Positions 60,188 through 64,000 of a stretch of 64,000 nucleotides of DNA are shown one piece after another. The notes beneath the pieces were generated by a model. The model made no database searches. It was not told the origin of the DNA and saw only the letters and a program-made list of their open reading frames with translations. The DNA comes from Abditibacteriaceae bacterium. GTDB taxonomy: Bacteria; Armatimonadota; Abditibacteriia; Abditibacteriales; Abditibacteriaceae. The position numbers and the translations under genes are program-made. The DNA lies in contig OZ255721.1 in assembly GCA_965277285.1 (NCBI GenBank), positions 2,688,001 to 2,752,000 of the forward strand, written 5' to 3'. Position 1 is the stretch's first letter, and each line of letters opens with the position of its first letter.

Positions 60188-61135
60188 ATGAATTCTTCGC
60201 TTCCCTCCAACGACGACGCTTTGCTTCAACTCGCGCGTGCCTTGCGCAATACAGATTACACATTCACAACCGTCACGCCAGCGACGCACGAACGCGTCAA
60301 CAATCGGCCTGAAAATAAGACGGCAAATGATCTTCGTGGCGTCTTCGGCTGGAGCCGACCTTTTCATCCCGAAGTTTTACCGCCGCACCTTTGGCAATTG
60401 ATGCAGGCGGCCAATGTCGCAGTTCCCGATAGCGAAAGTTGGCGTAGCGCGGTGCGATTTTCAACTTTGGACGATCAATTGTTCGTTCATTCGTCTTTTC
60501 CCACAACGCAAGCTGACGCGGTTTTTTTTGGCCCCGATACGTATCGCTACGCGACTGCTCTGCAACAGCATTTTGCGCTTTGTCCGCAAAACGTTCATCG
60601 CGCAGTCGACATCGGATGTGGTTCGGGCGTTGGCGCGATTGCAACGGCGTTGCAGTTTCCCAACGCGGACGTTTTCGCGGTTGACATCAACGATCTGGCG
60701 TTGCGCTACACACGCCTCAATGCGCTGCTTTCGAGTACTCGAAACGCTCACGCGCAGCACAGCAATTTATTGAACGATGTAGATGGCGAGTTCGATTTGA
60801 TGGTCGCCAATCCGCCGTACCTGGTGGACGCATCTGAACGCGCCTATCGTCACGGTGGCGGGCCATTGGGCGCTGGTTTATCGCTTCAAATCGTGCAGGC
60901 CGCAATCGAACGCTTGTCGGGCGGCGGAACGCTGCTGCTTTACACCGGCGTGGCGATGATGAATGGCGAAGATCCATTTCGCGCCGCTGTCAGCGATTTG
61001 ATTGCGGACGCGAAAGTTTCGTGGTCTTATCGAGAAACTGACCCAGATGTCTTTGGAGAAGAATTGGAAAGCGGCGTTTACACGCAAACTGACCGCATCG
61101 CCGCTGTGGTTTTGACGCTGACGAAAACGGCTTAA
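60188..61135 (+). CDS. HemK-like class I SAM methyltransferase
   Basis: VFFGPDTYR, DIGCGSG.G, ANPPY. Confidence 0.88.
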   Translation: MNSSLPSNDDALLQLARALRNTDYTFTTVTPATHERVNNRPENKTANDLRGVFGWSRPFHPEVLPPHLWQLMQAANVAVPDSESWRSAVRFSTLDDQLFVHSSFPTTQADAVFFGPDTYRYATALQQHFALCPQNVHRAVDIGCGSGVGAIATALQFPNADVFAVDINDLALRYTRLNALLSSTRNAHAQHSNLLNDVDGEFDLMVANPPYLVDASERAYRHGGGPLGAGLSLQIVQAAIERLSGGGTLLLYTGVAMMNGEDPFRAAVSDLIADAKVSWSYRETDPDVFGEELESGVYTQTDRIAAVVLTLTKTA

Positions 61136-61211
61136 CTAACCAGAATCCCAAGCGTAAGCGCGGGGCTGAACTCACAATTTTATCAGCCCCGCGCTTACGC
61201 TTGGGATTCTA

Positions 61212-62606
61212 TTACAGCAACAAGCCATTGAACAATCGTATCGCTTTCAGACCGGGCGCGCTGTGATGATTGGCCGGAGAAATGAGAGAAATCAAAGTCG
61301 CCATCATTTCCGCAGCACTATCAGAATTAGCCAATTGTCGTTCCAGTTCACGGTTTTCCGCATCGAAATCGCTGGCGTCGTTTTCATCGTTGGCAGCCTG
61401 CAGAGAATCGAGTACTCGTTGCTTGGTTTCGGACGAAAATGGTGTTGAGAAAGGTCGCACGTTTTCGACATCGCCCGCGATCCAGTCGAAGATAACTTGT
61501 TGTTCGTAAGGCGAAAAGACGCCGAACATTTTGGCTTTGTCGCTTTGAATCATCTTCCAGAAACGACTGTTACGCGGGTCTTGATGACGCTTAAACCAAC
61601 CCGCTTTTTCCATTTCAGAAATAAACCGCGAGGTTTCTTCGGGACGCGAAAGCCAATCGTTGACACTTCGTCCCGCAATTTGCCGGTAATCTGAGTGCGC
61701 GTATTGCCCCACAACAGCTTTGCGCGCGAAAATGGCGCACAGTTCACCTTCCAAATCGAACTCTTCGATCACCGATTGAGTACTCGAACCCAGCAAATTG
61801 AGATTGTAGCCGTTGCGCACGCGGCGCATCCATTCTTCGCTGTCGCCGACGCGCGGCATCGAACTATAAATCGCATCAACTGCTTTGCGCGCGTGGCCGC
61901 TGTCCGCGTTATCGACCGTGATATGCAGCGTGAAATAATATGGATCAATGCCCAACTCTTTCAGTTCGTAAGCCGTAATGAGCAAGTGCAAAGGCAACTG
62001 TTCATAGCCCAGATTGAAACCGATGACTTCGGGCAGAAACTTGTCGGCATTATACGCCAGAGCAAGTTGAATCGCGCCTTGCACGAAATGCTCGTCGCTC
62101 AAATCGTCCCAGTTCTCGCAACCTTGCGATGCCAGCAATTTGCGATACAAAACGACATGATTTTTCGATGGCTGACCTTCGCCCAATTCTTCCAGATAAG
62201 TTTGAATTAGCGACAGAAAACGCGCATCCTGCCAGCGCGAAAGCAAGCCGTAAAGCCACGCGCCATCGACCAGCTTGGTCGGCGCGACGCCACGCAGAAA
62301 ATATAAAGCGTGCGCTTTGTTGCGAAAATAGCGGCGCGGTTTTCCTGCCTGACGTTCATCCAAATACGCGCGATAAAGTTTTCCGACTTCTTCGACGCTC
62401 GCGTTCATCCACGCAACCAAGTCGTCCGTTTTGTCGGGCAAATCGGAATCGAGATGCGCTGCCTTCACCAATTGGTGATGCAGGAAATCGGCGGCCTTGC
62501 CGGTTTCGCGCGCTGAAGCCGGGCCGTGGAACAAATCAAAATAAATCTCGCGCGCCGGTTGCGAGCGAAGTTCTCGCAAGGTATTTGGTCGAGACGGCTC
62601 AATCAT
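61212..62606 (-). CDS. Heme-oxygenase-like iron-containing redox enzyme
   Basis: YLEELG.G....NH, FNLGYEQLP, YF.LHITVDNADSGH. Confidence 0.85.
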   Translation of the reverse strand: MIEPSRPNTLRELRSQPAREIYFDLFHGPASARETGKAADFLHHQLVKAAHLDSDLPDKTDDLVAWMNASVEEVGKLYRAYLDERQAGKPRRYFRNKAHALYFLRGVAPTKLVDGAWLYGLLSRWQDARFLSLIQTYLEELGEGQPSKNHVVLYRKLLASQGCENWDDLSDEHFVQGAIQLALAYNADKFLPEVIGFNLGYEQLPLHLLITAYELKELGIDPYYFTLHITVDNADSGHARKAVDAIYSSMPRVGDSEEWMRRVRNGYNLNLLGSSTQSVIEEFDLEGELCAIFARKAVVGQYAHSDYRQIAGRSVNDWLSRPEETSRFISEMEKAGWFKRHQDPRNSRFWKMIQSDKAKMFGVFSPYEQQVIFDWIAGDVENVRPFSTPFSSETKQRVLDSLQAANDENDASDFDAENRELERQLANSDSAAEMMATLISLISPANHHSAPGLKAIRLFNGLLL

Positions 62607-62779
62607 AAACTCTTCTCTCCAATAACGGGGAAAAGCAGGACGCACACAAAACACAAAGGCTGCCATAAATATCGCGCCTTGCGTTCGTTTTAGACATTGG
62701 CAAGCTGGTGATAGCGACCAAGCAAAAAACACCATTTTATGCGACAATCGAGTACTCGAATCCACGAAAAGGACAAGCC

Positions 62780-63262
62780 ATGAATCTGCTACAGCTTTTG
62801 GAAGAACTTTTGCCGCGCATCTGCGATTGGGCACAAAGCCAGGAAGACTTCATCTCCAAAAACGGCGTGCCGCTTTCCATTGAGGAAACGCAAATCGCGG
62901 CAAAAATCGGCGTTCAATTTCCGGAGCGCGTGCGCTTATTGAAAGTCGCCAAAGTGCCGATACCTGAAGACGAAACCTTGCGCGCGGCAGCGGAACAAGC
63001 CGGTTTGGTTTCTCCTCACACAGCGGGAATGGCGTTGCGCTACGGCATTTTCATCCGCGACGACGTTTGGCAGCACAGAAGGCACATCGTGGCTCACGAA
63101 CTGACGCACACGGCGCAATATGAACGTTTGGGCGGCTTTGCACCGTTTCTCACGCAGTATTTGGGCGAATGTTTAACCGTCGGTTACAGCAACTCGCCTT
63201 TGGAGCGCGAAGCAATTGAAGCCGCCCAGCGATTAGATTCGCTTGCTGACGCCCGCCCTTGA
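62780..63262 (+). CDS. Putative zincin metallopeptidase-like protein
   Basis: AHELTHTAQY (HExxH) with downstream PLEREA. Confidence 0.7.
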   Translation: MNLLQLLEELLPRICDWAQSQEDFISKNGVPLSIEETQIAAKIGVQFPERVRLLKVAKVPIPEDETLRAAAEQAGLVSPHTAGMALRYGIFIRDDVWQHRRHIVAHELTHTAQYERLGGFAPFLTQYLGECLTVGYSNSPLEREAIEAAQRLDSLADARP

Positions 63263-63472
63263 AAGAGCGGTCTGAGGGTGCAAGCACCATAAATGGCGCT
63301 CAGGTTTTCATTCGTGGTTGTGACAGGCAGCGCCCTTCAGGGTGCTTGTGCCCTCAGCCCGCTCTTTCAAGGGCGGCGGCAATCGGTAGCAGCCTGGAGT
63401 TCGTCCGATATACAGCGAAAGGCGCACGTTTTGGTTAAGAACGTGCGCCTTTTCGAGTACTCGAAGCGAGTT

Positions 63473-64000
63473 TTATTCGGCGAAAACGACATCGACTTTG
63501 CGCGGAATGACACCGATTTGGAAGCCGCGATCCAGGAACAGTTGCACGGCGCGGCGCCCATCTTCGCCATAATCGAGCGTTCGCGCGTTGACATACATTC
63601 CGACAAACTGATCGGCCAAACCGCGCTTGGTTTCCAATCCGCGCGCATATTCCATCGCGTAATCGAGCGCTTCTTCACGGTGACTTAACGAGTACTCGAT
63701 GCTTTGGCGCAACAAGTGCGAAACGGTGCGCGCCAGTTCAGGATCAAGGTCGCGGCGAATCGCGTTGCCACCCAAAGGCAAGGGCAAACCGCCCGTTTCC
63801 TGCGCCCACCAAACCGCCAAGTTGACGACTTCGTGCAAACCTTCGTCGCCAAAAGTCAGTTGACCTTCGTGAATCAAAAGTCCGGCTTCCGCTTCACCAT
63901 TGACAACAGCGGGAAGGATTTCGTCGAACGGCATCGCAACGGTTTTGATGTCGGGCGAGAACAATTTCAAAGTCAGATAAGCCGAAGTCATTTCGCCTGG
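63473..64000 (-). CDS. mqnD: 1,4-dihydroxy-6-naphthoate synthase (5' partial)
   Basis: PG.MTSAYL, GLLIHEGQLT, LPLPLGGN, FVGMYVN. Confidence 0.88.
   Translation of the reverse strand, partial: PGEMTSAYLTLKLFSPDIKTVAMPFDEILPAVVNGEAEAGLLIHEGQLTFGDEGLHEVVNLAVWWAQETGGLPLPLGGNAIRRDLDPELARTVSHLLRQSIEYSLSHREEALDYAMEYARGLETKRGLADQFVGMYVNARTLDYGEDGRRAVQLFLDRGFQIGVIPRKVDVVFAE

Larger units (their letters stand above)
721..63699. repeat. Dispersed highly iterated palindrome TCGAGTACTCGA (about 77 copies)
   Basis: Exact copies start at 721,1796,2479,3570,4669,5465,5875,6747,9687,10824,12888,15182,15884,17343,17996,18578,19281,20059,21177,21605,23035,23825,24896,25329,25953,28456,29434,31055,31688,35137,35448,36186,37946,39102,41128,42884,45552,46003,46121,46788,48933,50419,51092,51934,52525,52919,55307,55571,57101,58547,59787,60731,62748,63453; about 23 further copies have 1-3 mismatches. 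Confidence 0.97.

Noticed and set aside
721..63699. 12-bp palindrome as a CRISPR repeat, transcription-factor box or linker artefact
   Set aside because: Copies are about 0.8 kb apart rather than arrayed, far too frequent and too often intragenic for a regulon, and they keep reading frames with natural degenerate variants, which argues against adaptor contamination.
1..64000. tRNA, rRNA, prophage or integrase genes
   Set aside because: None recognised by eye; a covariance-model scan would be needed to exclude small RNAs.

Overview
Bacterial chromosomal window; the gene content (FemX, futalosine pathway, smc, dprA-topA) suggests a Terrabacteria lineage, possibly Armatimonadota/Abditibacteriota, but this is inference only. 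It is mostly housekeeping: prfB, galU, rnd, alr, the rnc-fabF-acpP-fabG-fabD-fabH-plsX-rpmF cluster, dprA-topA, smc, prkA-yeaH-spoVR and mqnA/mqnD. Accessory blocks are an STM4015-STM4011-type radical SAM/ATP-grasp operon whose downstream ATP-grasp gene is cut by an IS5-family element, a rearranged EcoAI-like type I R-M locus with a half-size HsdS, and several families of REP-like hairpins. Two signals stand out. (1) A highly iterated 12-bp palindrome, W-TCGAGTACTCGA-W: by manual count 54 exact and about 23 near copies, roughly one per 830 bp, evenly spaced, inside and between genes in all frames, and absent from the IS. It looks like a HIP1/DUS-type genome-wide signal with a sequence I do not recognise. 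(2) A small intact GIY-YIG nuclease gene bracketed by clusters of (C/T)GTC-tagged REP hairpins that are also dispersed elsewhere in the window, i.e. a RAYT/REPIN-like architecture with a GIY-YIG enzyme in place of the transposase. All counts and family calls were made by eye without database searches and need verification.
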